Assembly: GCA_964106915.2 (NCBI GenBank) | Contig: OZ066929.1 | Strand: one strand, 5' to 3' | DNA: 64,000 nt | Source: Podarcis gaigeae | Taxonomy: Eukaryota | Shown here: piece by piece, positions 13,641-26,469 of the stretch | Layout: each line of letters begins with the position of its first letter | Position numbering within the stretch: position 1 is the first letter of the stretch | Translations under genes and position numbers: made by a program | The notes under the pieces: generated by a model | The model's input: only the letters and a program-made list of their open reading frames with translations | Database searches by the model: none | What the model was told of the DNA's origin: nothing

Positions 13641-15734
13641 AGCATCTGCCCGGCTGCCAAACTAGGCAGATGTTCTGCTCTCTTCCCTACCACACAGCAG
13701 CTGCAACCAGGTCTTTTTGACAGACAGATCCTATTAAAAGCTCTTTGTGAGACCACCTCTCCAGAAGAACCTCCTCCTTCCCCCCCCCCTTCTGTGTTGG
13801 GCTTGGGCTCACCTGCTGTCTGAATATGTACCTGAGGATGCTGGTCAGGAGAGAATGCTGGGAAAGATGGCAACCATTATGTTCAAGCACAAGAAAGCTG
13901 GAGAAAATCTATGCATAGGATGCAAAGAGGCCGGGTAATCCCTCTCACTCACAAGCTGACTCAAGTGACTCAGGACAGCTGGTAGGTGAGGAGCTTTCAC
14001 AGGGTAGAAGGGCTGGAGAGAAGGACATTTCCCCATCCCAGCTCTTGATGAAACTCCCAACCGCAAACCAAATTTGGGCACCCTCTAAGTACAACAGTAG
14101 TAGCACAACCAGAAGAGAGGGGACCACACCAGGCAAAAGCCAAAACTCCTTGCTCTCAGCCAGCCCTGGCGCTACAAAGCCACAATGGGTCTCTTGTACA
14201 CCTTTGACACTTTTCTGTCAGATTGATGCACAAAATGGATATACCCTCTGGTGCCAGGGGAACTCTTCGTGACTGTTGTGGATCATATAGAGCTGCTTCA
14301 ACAGTTAGCTCCATGTCACAGATCCCTGGAAATTGTAAACTTTAATGGGCTAGTCCATTCTTTCATTATTATTACTATTTTGGAAATGTGAAGATACTCG
14401 GCAAACCGCAGGTCCCTATAATATGAACCCGCTGAGGAAAATTGTCCATGAGTCACACAACTCTGGTCCTCAAGATCTCCACAGGCAGACACTGCTTTTA
14501 CCAACAAACAGGCCTCCTGGCCTCAAGGGAATGGCTGGACTTATAGCCTTGCCTGTCCCCACCATGCCCTTACTTGCTCAGCTAAGAAAGCAACAGCAAC
14601 CCTGAGAATTGTCCTCTTTCCTATCAGGCAGGGAGGGGCAGAGGAAGGGACAAAAAGCTGCTTCCTTGGCCTCTAAAATGGATAGCCCTGACCTCAGAGG
14701 CCAGGCCACTGACTTCAGCCCTGCTGCAGTAGCTTGCTGCCTCCCCAACCGAGGTGTTGCTTTCCCATCAGTCCCCAGTGTGAAGCCTTCTGTATTGGAC
14801 TGGCGGGTGGGAGAAAAAGGTAAAACACAAGAAAACATACCTTCTGGCAAAACCCAGAGCACCACTTATACAACATCTTTACCCACTCCATTATTTATAG
14901 CACAACTGAAACATTTATTTCTCTGCTGCAACTACTGAGCACCCGGCTTTCCTGTTGAGGCAGAACAAGTACTATGGAGAGCTGCTAAAATGCTAGACGT
15001 CCTAACCCCAAACGCCACACAAATGATGGTGGAAGCACTGGGAGGTTGTGGGGAGGGGTAAGGAGAGGGGCAATCTGGTGGCACACACAACTGCCACAGC
15101 ACAACAGGGTGGATACAAAGCCTAATGGCCTGCCTTCATTTTCACATCTGTGGCCCTCCAGATGTTGCTCCCACCAGCATGGCCAGTGGTCAGGGATGGT
15201 GGAAGTTTCAGTCCAACAAAATCTGGAAGGTCATCCCTCCTGATGCAGACAAGGCTGAGCTACAGGTACTAACATTATAAGACTAATTCCATGCTTCACA
15301 CAAGAGAATCGCTATGCAGACTTGATGCCAAGTACAAACCTCCCACAGACCTTTGCAAGAAGGCCTAAGCAGAAGAACCGTCAGGAAGGACTCACCCTCC
15401 TCAAGCTAACATTTCTGTATATTGTTCAGAGATCTATTGTTGTTTGCTTACTGAAAAAATGGAACAAAAGTACAGAAATATCATTTCCAGAGCCTTGGAG
15501 ACAACTTTGTGGGGGTGCTGCTTTGAGGGTTATTGGGAACTCAAAAAACCATCATACAGGAACCAGGGACTATGGACAGGCAGAAGAATGAAGTTGGTGG
15601 CCATCCCTACATCTTGTGGACTACATGGTATGGGCAGAAGAATGAATGTGAAAAGCACTCAAGAAGAGTGGATAAATGTCTGAAATGTTAACAGAATCCA
15701 GACAAGTCAGCCTTTCCAGCGCCTCAGCATACAA

Positions 15735-16186
15735 CACTGGTGAACCCACCCGTCAGGGAACTGACATCGGAGCCAGAAGTGGAGGCAAGGCTCCCAAGTG
15801 ATGCCGGAGAAGGGCCAAGCAGGGAGAGAGGGAACTCATCAGCTGGGGAAGGAAATCAGTGTAACACCAGGGATAAAGGGGGGGCGGATGGGGGAATCGG
15901 AGAGGGGGCTCCAGGACTCTTCGCCGGAGACCAGCGGGGAGAGCACAGGTCCTCCGCTACCCACACACACCCTGCACAGAAGACTTCCGCACAGGGAAAG
16001 TAGGCGTAGACTTGGCGTCAAAGAACTTCTTTGCTGGAAGAAGTTCAAGAAACGCCCACTGACGGATTCTGCCAGTGACTGAACAGCCACGAAGTGAAGG
16101 GCTGTCCAGCCAGGAAAGGTTTAACCAGGCTACCTAGCCAGGAGTGGCGGCAACTTACGCACGAGCAACCCCATATAACCATTACA
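15735..16186. mobile_element. GC/CpG-rich interspersed repeat fragment, possibly LTR-derived
   Basis: Abrupt rise in CpG content; ends ..ataaccattaca (LTR-like CA end). No TSD found. Confidence 0.4.
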
Positions 16187-16349
16187 TCACCTTTTAGTGA
16201 AAACTTGGGAGGGCATTTTAAGGTGTTTTGTTTTGTTCTGTTTTTTACTGCAACATGCTTCACTGGGTGCTTTGAACCTTCAGCTGGAGCAAAATTCAGC
16301 TGACTTTTCAGCAATTACACCAGCTCTGTTTCATCACCACCAGTTCATT

Positions 16350-16812
16350 TCCAGGTACAAGTGCTTGTTCTTACCTATAAAGCCGTAAGCCATCTGGGGC
16401 TATGATATCTGAAGGACTGCTTCCTCCCATATGATCCTGCCCACCCACTGTGCTCAGCACCCAAGACCTTGCTGTGTGCCCCACAGTCTCATTCAGGTGA
16501 GGCATAAAACATGGCTGTTTCTACTGAGGCACCCATGTTGTGGTACTTCCACCCCAGGAAGATTTGGCTGGCCTTTGCCCTTCCAGCTTTCAGTGAGCTG
16601 TTCTGACCTTTTAACTTTATCTAGCTTTTTGTTTGGGGCTTAGTTGTTTTTTAATTGTGCGTGTGTCTCCCACCTCTTGCTTACCCTGTTCTTATATTAT
16701 TCTGCTCCAGAGGGTTTTTATTGTGTAGAAATTATTCTGTTATGTTTCAATTGCTTTACAGTACACCTTTTTAGGGCTGAAAAGTGGCAGATAAATCTTC
16801 TTAATAAATAAA
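16350..16812 (+). mobile_element. L2-like LINE 3' end
   Basis: VLTYKAVSHLGL.YLKD motif; AT-rich UTR ending (AATA)n. Confidence 0.65.
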
Positions 16813-17079
16813 ATGCAGACCACTGTTATGAAGAAATTTTACAGGCTGACAGGAAAGCAGCTGACAGGTCACTCACTTCCTAGGTCTCCTCCCATCTGTG
16901 GGAATTTAATTAATTAAGGCATCCACTTAAACTGTGACAAGGGCATAGCAAAGGCATTGTGTGCCGGGAGCTAAACTCTTAGAGGTGATAAGCCTGTAGA
17001 AACTTATTTTTCAGCTCTCCCATAGGAAGATTTGTATTGCAGCTTGTCCCAAGCATCAGCTTTCCGTACCTGAGGACTA

Positions 17080-19160
17080 GAAAGTTGCCAACATGAAACC
17101 ATTTTTTAAAAAAAAGTTATCCAGGGGAGATCCAGGAATTTACAGACTGTTAGCTTAATGTTTGTTAAGGAAAATGGCTGAAACACATTTTTAAAGATAC
17201 AATTACCATCCATACCAAAGACGCCTTGCTGAACCAGATGCAGTTTGGCTTCTAAAAGGGCAAATCCTGTCTCACTAACCTTGAGGACTTATTTGAAAGT
17301 GTCAACAAGCATACAGAAGTGATGCAACGTACATTTTGTGCTTAAACTTACAAAAAGCTTTAGTCCCTGAGACTCCTTAGCAGTCATGGAATAAGAGGAG
17401 ATGTCCTCTTGTGGATCAGGAACTGGTTAAGAAAGACACAGAGAGCAGGACTGGACAGTTCTCATAATGGAGGGCCATATGAAATGGCGCCTCCAGTTGC
17501 TTTTTATCTTGTTCATAAATCTTCAGGAGTTGGGGAACACAGTGAGGTAGCCAAGTTTGCCCAACAATACCAAATCCTTCAGGTTGGTTAAAACGAAAAG
17601 ATATTACAAGTTTCCATGAAAGGATCTCTCCAGAATGGGTGACTAGGGAGTCAAATGGCAAATGCAATTCAATATAAGCAAAAAATAGGCTTCCGGTTTG
17701 CTCGTGAAGGGGAATGGCAGCGCAGTGTGAGTCATCCGCTTAAGAGACGACCACTACCGGGGTTTCTGGGCGATTGGGGGTGAGTGCCAGGGTTAGACAC
17801 AACCAAAAAAAGCCCCATGGGTAGTGGGGTGTCGAGAGGACCAGCCGGGCTCGAACAGGCTCGCCGCAATCGCCGGAGCCCCGCCGCTGCATCGGCAGTG
17901 TGTGGGGGGGGGGGTGAGACAGCGGCTTGAGCCTGCCTGTGGCTCCAGCATGGCTCAGAAATCTGTAACCACAAAAAAAAGGAAATTGTAAAGCTGGAAA
18001 ATGTTCAGAAAAGGGCAACCAAAATGATCAAGGGGCTGAAGCAACTCTCCTATGAGGAAAGGTTACACCATCTGGGGGGCTTTTTAGTTTAGGGAAAAGG
18101 TGAGCCGGGGTGCACATGATAGAAGTGTATAAGATGATGTACAGTGTGTAACACTAGAACCCAGTGACTGGCAATGAAGTGGTACACTGAAGGATTCAGG
18201 ACAAACAAAAGAAAGAGCTACTTCATACAGTGCATAGCTGAACTGAGGAATTCACTACTACAGGGTCCATCATGAATTTGCCAAAGCCTCTTTTAAAGCC
18301 ATCCAAATTGGTAGCCACCACTATGTATTGTGGGAGGGAATTACAGGGTGGTATTCAAGCAGTGTTAGAAATTAGGACAGAAAAGCTATTTGTCACATAG
18401 CTCCTAAAACCTAGGTTATGGGCCCAAAAACAGAACGTTAGGCGCCATTTTGTCCTTTTTACAAGGGTGACTTATACTGCGGTGGGGGAAGCAGCATTTC
18501 CCTGCACGTGCAGCAGTGATCTTTCCTACTCTGGAGTTGGGTGGGGAGGCATTTCTCCTCCAGTGCCCTCAGCACCAGCAGAGGCAATTTTATTCTTGAG
18601 CCAGTGGGCCTACTATAAAGGAAAACCCTACTGAATACCAATCACAAAGTTTAACTATGCATCGCTGAGAATCACAAGTGGGAAGTCCACTGCTGCACTA
18701 GGTCCTGCTTATGGGTTTCCCATAAATGTATGGTTGCCCAGTGAGGTTGCTGGCCTAGCAGGCCTTTAGTCTGATGCTGCAGTTTTCCTCCCTTTATCAC
18801 AACACTAGAACCTGGGGGGTATCCAATGAAGCCAAATGTTGGAAGATTCAGGGCAGATAAAAGAAGACCTTCTTCACACAACAGATAACAGTGGCCCCCA
18901 ATGAATGGTTTTAAAAAAGACAAATTTATGGAGGATAAGACTATCAACAGCTACAAACCATGATGGCTACAATCTTCCCCCACTATTGGAGGCAGTATGC
19001 TTCTGAACACCAGTTGCTGGAAACCACAGGAGTGGGGAACACTGTTGCACTCAGTTCCTGCTTAAAGGTTTCTTAAGGGGATCTGGTTGGCCACCATGAG
19101 AACAGGAAGCTGGACTAGATGAGCCACTGGCCTGATCCAGCAGAACTATTCTTAGGTTCT
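17080..19160 (+). mobile_element. Decayed CR1 LINE ORF2 and 3' UTR, rearranged with nested inserts
   Basis: Motifs KVAN.KPF..KK..RGDPG.YR, KGKSCLTNL, WIRNWL, AKFA, KWQMQFN, KLENVQKRATKMIKGL, then 3' UTR ggactagatg..cctgatccagcag..ttctta. Confidence 0.85.
18346..18640. mobile_element. Putative MITE within the CR1 nest
   Basis: Inverted termini TGGTATTCA (18349-18357) and TGAATACCA (18632-18640) split a CR1 segment. Confidence 0.45.
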
Positions 19161-19267
19161 TCCCTACTCCCCTACAACACACATGCACACCTTCTCTAGA
19201 ATCACCACTGTAAAAACAAACCTCTTTATGAAATGACAGCAAGTGTAGCCTTGACGAAGGATTAGCT

Positions 19268-19629
19268 CAGGGGTCCCCAAACTAAGGCCCGCAGGCCGGA
19301 TAAGGCCCAAGGGACTCGTTTATCTGGCCCGCGGCGACCCCCGCCACCCGCTCTTACCGGTGCTGCACTGCACAGCTGCCCACTTCCGGGCCGGAGGAGC
19401 ACCGGAAATAGCTTGTGCGCATGCGTAAGCGTTGTTTCCGGTGCACATCTGGGCCAGAGGAGGCCCGTGCACATGCACACAAGCTATTTCCGGTGCTCCT
19501 CCGACCCAGTAGTGCGCTGGAAATAGCATGTGCGCAAGCGTATAGGAACACGCTCCCCCGCCCTCCAGCCCACCACGCAATCGGCACTGGAGACACCGGC
19601 CCGAGGCACGGTAAGTTTGCTGACCCCTG
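19268..19629. mobile_element. Non-autonomous hAT DNA transposon, 362 bp
   Basis: TIRs CAGGGGTCCCCAAACT / AGTTTGCTGACCCCTG; perfect 8-bp TSD GATTAGCT at 19260-19267 and 19630-19637. Confidence 0.93.
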
Positions 19630-22600
19630 GATTAGCTCATACAAAGCCAATTTAGCAAAGAATAGGTTGCCTGCATCTCAGCTACCTACCATACTTCTCT
19701 ATTTCACAAAGTCTGCAAAGCTGCAAGCATTAGGAAAGGGCTACTGTGGTGTCCCTTTTGCCCAGAGAGCCATGGAAGCAAGTGCAGAACATGTGTGAAG
19801 CACACCCAGCCCTCCATGGTGACTCTGTTCAGAAGCACCCAGCCCTGCAACCATTGTGTTGGAGCATGCACACACATGCATATATAGGCAAATAGAACAG
19901 CTGTGATGACAGTGCTGGCTGAATGAATCAAAGTACAGAAGCCTGCAAAGGTGCCTCTGGGAATTCATTTCTCTTTGTTGAAGGTCACTCGAATCAAGTA
20001 AGAACAGGGTCCAGGAACATGGTCTCCCCAACAGCTGCTGTTGCTGCTATAGCTGTGGTCTTACCCTACGCCTCCATGCCTAACGAGTGAACCTTATCTC
20101 TAGTGCCAAGCAGCAATAGCATCTATGCTGGTAGGAAGCAAATAGAGGTTTAAAGAAACACAGATCCTGGCCAAAGGATTCTGACATGGGAAGTGAAGCA
20201 ATGAAATAGAGACACCTCTGTTTCAATTTCCAAGTGGCATGGGGCACGCAGGGAGAAGAGACGGGAAGTGCATAAAAACTGCAAGGTCTTTGGCAGGGAT
20301 AAAATCAATGAGGTCTCCTCTTCCTAGTTCCACAGATGGAGGGAAACCGCTTGGTGGAGACGGCTCTTGTGGCAATGCAAAGTGATTACAGAGAGATTAT
20401 GCTCAAGATTCTGCCTAGCCATCCTCACATCACGTCGAGCTAATCCATTCCAATCAATCAATACACTGATCAATCACTTGCTGCCAGTAATTTAATTTCA
20501 AGGAAGCACAAACATAATTCCAGATGTCAGTTTGGTTACAAGCGATGTAGTGAACATGTGCTAAAATGGTGGCATCTGCCATTCATTCATTCATGCAGCT
20601 AGGCAGGCACTGCCTTTCTGCCTCCCCACCCTACATCATGACAAGCTTTGACCTTGTTGGGGTAGAGTGGGGAAGGGAACAGGCACAGGGACAAGCTGTC
20701 AAACCTCACCTGGATCTGCCTGACAACGACTACCATAAGCCAATCCCCCTCTTTGGTTTGGAGATGAATTACATTCTTGATAATGTTTGGGGGAGGCAGA
20801 AAAACATCTGCAACATCCAGGGTCATTGCAAGCAATCACATGACAAATTATTGTCTTTTGGCCATCACATGACCAATCTGGAGATAAGCCTGCCATGGAT
20901 GACTCACTATCATTTGAGGATTGGGAAGAGAAGTTCTCCTAAAGTAAAAGTCACTGTGGACTTCCCAGTGAAAGCAAAAAGTCCCAAGAAAGGTCCTGAA
21001 GGCCAAAAAGAAAGCCCAGATTCTTTCCCAGGACAGCATTTATACTCTTATTTGGGCCCTAATTCATCAAAAAAGGCAGGCTTCCAGAACTGTGTTGTTT
21101 GGTTTATAACCAGTCTGGACACTAGAGACCACAATGCCATGCCAAGCCCCACACACAGAGTGGCATCTACAAGACCAGGGCACCCACGGAAGTCCTGGCT
21201 ACTATAAAGTAGACCAGGGTGTGTCATGAGTCCCATGAAGATGTCATGGAGGGCATGGTTGGATCTGGAGGCGTTGGGAGATCTTGGGGAGCTGGTGCTT
21301 GAAGATCCTGGGGAGGCCACCAGAGGGTTAAGGGTCCTCTGAGTCACAGGAGGTGTCTGATCCCAGGGAGGAGTTAGATTGTAGAGAAAGCTCAAGTGGG
21401 CTAGCCAGAGAGCACTTCATCCTTCTCCCTTCCAAGACACCTAGTTCACTGCATTCCAAGGAGGAGCTGTATCCGCTGCCTTACCTTGTCATGCATGAGG
21501 CTTCCCCCTTCTGAGTGTAAATCTGATGCTGATCTGGCGTGGATTCATCCTCTGACACCACAGACACAGAATTGCCAGGGCGGGTGCAAACAAACTTTAT
21601 CTAGCCAACCCACTAGGAAGATTGCCCATTTACAGGTACTTGTCCAGTCCTGGGATTTCAGTGCCCTACCAGCACTTCAAAAGTGGGGGAGAGGGGCATT
21701 ACTTGTTGGATCCAGGTCTTAGGTCATGCTTAACCATGCATTTTACCTCTCATATATACATGCTCAGCTTTGTAACCTGTAACTTTCCCTATCATCTACA
21801 CATTAAAGACTTTGGCAATACTGGATCTGTAAGTTTGAGTTCTTTGTGTGATGTGGAGGGCCAGGACAAAATGGGGCACATCATGCAGCCTCTGCTCATG
21901 CCCCCCCCTTGCAAAGCCATTCTATGGGCTCCTTTAGAGAACATGGTGGGGCAAACCTCCCAAAACTCCAGACTAGATGGGTCTCCACATCAAAGCAGAG
22001 AGTGTACTATTCTCTAGCTTTTTTTTTTTTGTGGGAGGGAAGAGGAAGGGGCAGGAGGATTTACATTCAATCCAGGCAGGAAGTGTGTCGGAAGAAGCTT
22101 TCACAATCCCAGCACTAAGCCCCGGGGAAGCATGCCTATTGACTCAGGCCCGCCATGCCTTTAATAAGGCAGCTAACAGCCATGCCTTTATATTCATCCT
22201 TACAAGCTGAAGCTACAGCTACAAGCTCGCCAGTTCAACAGGGGGGATTAGCAGGCCTTGTAACTACAGGGAACAGCGCTTGCTTGGTGCAAGGTCAGCC
22301 TGGCTCTGCCCCCTCTTTTCTCTTGCGTTTTGCCATGGAGATCAAAGTAACATGACTTCTCAGGGCTCACATCAGCATCCAGCCCCCTCCCCTCTCTCTT
22401 TCACACACACACATCACTGGTCCTCTGCAAAGAATTCAAAAGCAAGAATTTGCCACCCTCAGCAATTCTGCGTTTAAGCAGAAGGTGCAGATCACCTGGC
22501 CGGGAGCTTCAAATGGTCTTACCAGGCACACCTCAAGGGCCATTAGCAGAGTCAACTCTCCAAAAAGAAGAAATGGGGCATGTATGCAATGGCATAGCAA

Positions 22601-23102
22601 TTGCTTTGCTCTGTGGCCACTGGATTGGTGGGGGGCTCCTTGGAGTCCCTTCTGGTGGCCATAATGCCACAGGAATAGAGCAGGAAGGGGCCAGTTTCTG
22701 TCTATTTATCAATCAACTGTGCACAATGCTCTTCAATTTAGAATTGTCAATGTAGTTTACAAAACAACAAACCAACAAAGCACAGTGAACTAAAGTCAGC
22801 TGTAAAAAGAGGTCTGATAGTAAAACTACTCAGATAGTAAAAGTCTGGGGAAATAGAAAGGTCTTCTTTTGGCTGCAAAATCAAATAACCTGTCAGGTAG
22901 ACCTCTTTGGGGAAAGAATGAAAGACAGGCCAAAACAGAAAAGGCTACCCTTTGTCTCCCCCCATCACCACAGACCTCCATTTAGACAGGGAGCATTATC
23001 CAAAGGAGACCCTTGGAAGATGATCAGAAGGGCATCAGCAGCAGGTTGAGATGGAAGCAGATTCTTCCTTCAAGTAGCTGGATCCCTGAGACGCATTTAA
23101 AC

Positions 23103-23238
23103 CAGGCATAGGCAAACTCGGCCCGCCAGATGTTTTGGGACTACAATTCCCATCATCCCTGGCCATTGGTCCTGCTAGCTAGGGATCATAGGAATTGTAG
23201 GTAAAAAACATCTGGAGAGCCGAGTTTGCCTATGCCTG
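23103..23238. mobile_element. 136-bp hAT MITE (CAGGCATAGGCAAACT TIR)
   Basis: Palindromic element; perfect 8-bp TSD ATTTAAAC at 23095-23102 and 23239-23246. Confidence 0.93.
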
Positions 23239-24164
23239 ATTTAAACTTCTAGTCTGAAATAAGAAAATCTACCAAAGGAAAAGAGAAGTGTATCCAGCTT
23301 GCACTTGGTTATTTTCCTCACTCTCTCTGCGTGCATTGATTTTGGATATTTAGTCCCTTGCAATTCAAGGCAGCAGTTTGAAATATTAAAACCGAGAGCT
23401 TACCCACACTTACTTTTTGCCCCATGCTTTGTAGGCACAGGTCCTCACTTTCCCATGCTGTGTTTGAGCGCTTTTTTCCCCACCACCACAACCACTTTCC
23501 CCAGGAAAACCTGATCTGCTGAATCGGAACAAATGGCAAGCCAAGTTTTCTACAGATTGTCCAGACAGCAGTAAAGAGTGAGTTTTCACAGGGAAAGCAG
23601 GGGGGCGGGGGACAACACTCACACTGACCTGGAAGGCTGGGATGTGTGCCTAGAAACGTGGAGCAAAGATGAGTGTGGATGAACCCTCAGTAACTGAAAA
23701 AAGGTTACAGATCAAAAGAGAGGATCAAGTTCCACCCTCCATTTTGCCCAGCCTTATTATAAAGCTGGAATTCTGGCATGATCCAACTGATTAGATAAGA
23801 TAAGCAAACAGGTAATCTCCTAAGAGAGTAGCTTGCTCTCTGTACTTTTTTGAAATTGAGCTATTTACTGTATCACAAACAATAGTAAATATAAAAGCCT
23901 CATTATCACTTCATTCACTTACCCGAGCCTATATGGAGGGCCTATTGCTATAATTTCCCTGGCCCAAGCCTATTGGGATATTTGGATATTGATGATACCA
24001 CCCCTTTCCTAAACCTCCAAGCAGTATCTCAAGGAGGACCAAGAACTACTGAAACTCTGTGCCCCAAACCACCAAGCAGTCCATCCCAGAAGGACAGCAT
24101 GGCTGGTGGTACTCTGGAGATTATCAGTCAACCCACTCTTGCTTCATGTTATGTAGGGCATGTC

Positions 24165-24500
24165 TAAGAACATAAGAAGAACCTGGCTGCTGAATCAGAC
24201 CAAAGGCCCATCTAGTCCAGCATCCTGTTCTCACAGTGGCCACCAAGATGTTCCCAGGAAACCAGGATCTGAGAGCACAACAGTGGTCTCTCTGCTTGTG
24301 ATTCCCAACAAATTGTATTCAGAGCCTTACAGCGTCCAACTGTGAAGGCAATAAACCACTATCATAGCTAGTAACCTTTGATAGCATTTTCCTCCATTAA
24401 TTTGTCTAACTCAATTTAAAAGTCATTCAAGTTGATGGCCATCCCTACATCTTGTGGACTCCCTGGTATGGGCAAAGTTTGAGCAGCCACGCTGTAAGCC
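24165..24500 (-). mobile_element. CR1 LINE 3' end
   Basis: taagaacataagaagaacc..tcagaccaaaggcccatctagtccagcatcctgttctcacagtggcc, same family as 7986 and 63170. Confidence 0.8.
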
Positions 24501-26445
24501 ACACTCCCCTAAGCACCTTGCCCATGTACTCAGACCACAGCAACTGGAAATCTTCCCAGAAAATGTAACTAGATGTTGCTCTGGACACGTTAATGATCTG
24601 CAAAAAGCATAATGTCCAAGTCGAGGTGGATACAAACAGCCTTAGCCTCGAAGAGTTTAGCAAACATGTCATTGTGCGTTTCCAAGTCTGCCTCCACAGG
24701 TACCTCCACATTATACTGTTAGCCAAGCTGCTATCAGGCCCTGGACTACTTGGGGTCTACTAGATGGAACTCCATGCAAGCAATGGTAGCAGATAATTTT
24801 TATTTTTTTTTGGTAGCAGTCTCCTCCACCCTGTAGGCTTAGTAATGAGCTTGTATGTGTACCTGTTCAGATTCACACTGAGTTTTCCAACACCTGCGTT
24901 CTAACAGCCTCCCCACCTGCTTCATTGTCAAGAGCTCAATAGGAAACCAAGGGGCTGAATAAGCTCTGCATTGCAGGAGAGGGTTCTAGGGAGTGATGGT
25001 GTCCCTTTTGTGGATCATCTTTGCATCCCATGGAGCAACTAGGTCACTGACAGGAGTGATATTCATTTGCTGATGTTCCTTCCATGAATGCAAGCTGCTC
25101 AGGGCTCTTTTTGGCCACTATGCAGCCAGCAGGATCCCAGTTAGCTAACCCTACAGTCGGGCAGAAAAGCATAGAAACCAAATACACCTAAAACAAATGA
25201 AGCCCCAGCCCCATTTAGAAAGGGGGCCTTTGGCACAGCCTGGAGCCTATTAATATTTATTGATGTGCTGCCTGTTAGGCTAAGGAGTGGCTGGCGGCCC
25301 TAAATGTGGGCTTCGTCTTGCTAATAACAGGGGGCCAGGCGCTCGGCAGGCTCCTTCAATGTTCTGTGCAGCCAATTTGCTCATTTTCAATTACCCTTCC
25401 CAGCATGTCTGTGGGCCTTCCTGTAACATGCTTCCTTTGCCGTCTCACAGCCAAGAACTGCTGCTCAAGATGATCTGTGGTAAAAGAAGAGCTCCCCCAT
25501 CACTACAGGTGGGGCAAAGGGAAGCTCAGTCTTGGTCCCCCACCCTTCTCAAACACACAGGGAGGGTGTGACAATAGGTAAAAGAGCCAAGAACTGGATT
25601 CCCTGCAGAGAAATCCAAAACAATAGTGGGCAAAACAACAAGTGACCGAGGCATCATTTGTCAGTCCAGCTCTGTTGAAAACATTCTGGTCCAAAGACAA
25701 GACAGGGAGGAATAGGTAACCAAAATCTGGTACAAGTCAAAGGGAGGAGGAGATGGTACAGTGGGTGGGAGTAACACCTGCAGCACAAGCAAGACTCACA
25801 AAGTTAAGAAAAAGGTGGCTAATGGTGACCATAATGGGTTGCCCATGTGCTATTTCCATACCAACAGTGAAACTTCTACAGGTGGGCCAGAGGCCGCATC
25901 AGGTTACAATGTGAGTGTGCACGCGCAAGCACACATACACTTGCATAGAAGTGTTTTGATGCTGCAACAACAACAGAGGAAAAGCCCCCCTCAGAATATA
26001 CCCCATGGGGGAGGATGACAACTCACAGAAAGCCTGACAGGCTGCTGACAGTGACAAAGAACTCCTTGCTGCCAAATACCTGCAAAATTCTGCTTTCTCA
26101 CCCGTGCCATCCAAGGGCAGACCACCAGTCCCTTGACACTTGAACTCCAGAGTCTGAGCTGATGAAACCCCCCAAGAATGTTGGGGGCCACAAGTCAGTC
26201 AGTAAAGACCCAAGAATTCAAATCATAAAGAACCCATAAACCAACAGACTGCAGCTTGTGAGGAGCAGATTCATTTCCTAACAGGTACATGTACAAAGGG
26301 CATTTCAGAAAGAACAAAAGAAACTGAATTTTCATAGCCAGAGACGGGTCAAGAAGCAGCACATCATCAGGCTATGGGGAACAAGCCAGCCCCCGACGCA
26401 GCCCATGCATGCACAGAGGAGCTGGAAGCCTCTGGTGGTGGTGGT

Positions 26446-26469
26446 ACTGCTGCTGCTGCTGCTGCTGCT
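26446..26469. repeat. (CTG)n microsatellite
   Basis: About 7-8 units, preceded by (GGT)4. Confidence 0.9.

Noticed and set aside
20566-21207. 213-aa plus-strand ORF
   Set aside because: No recognisable domain or exon structure; its length is compatible with chance in 64 kb.
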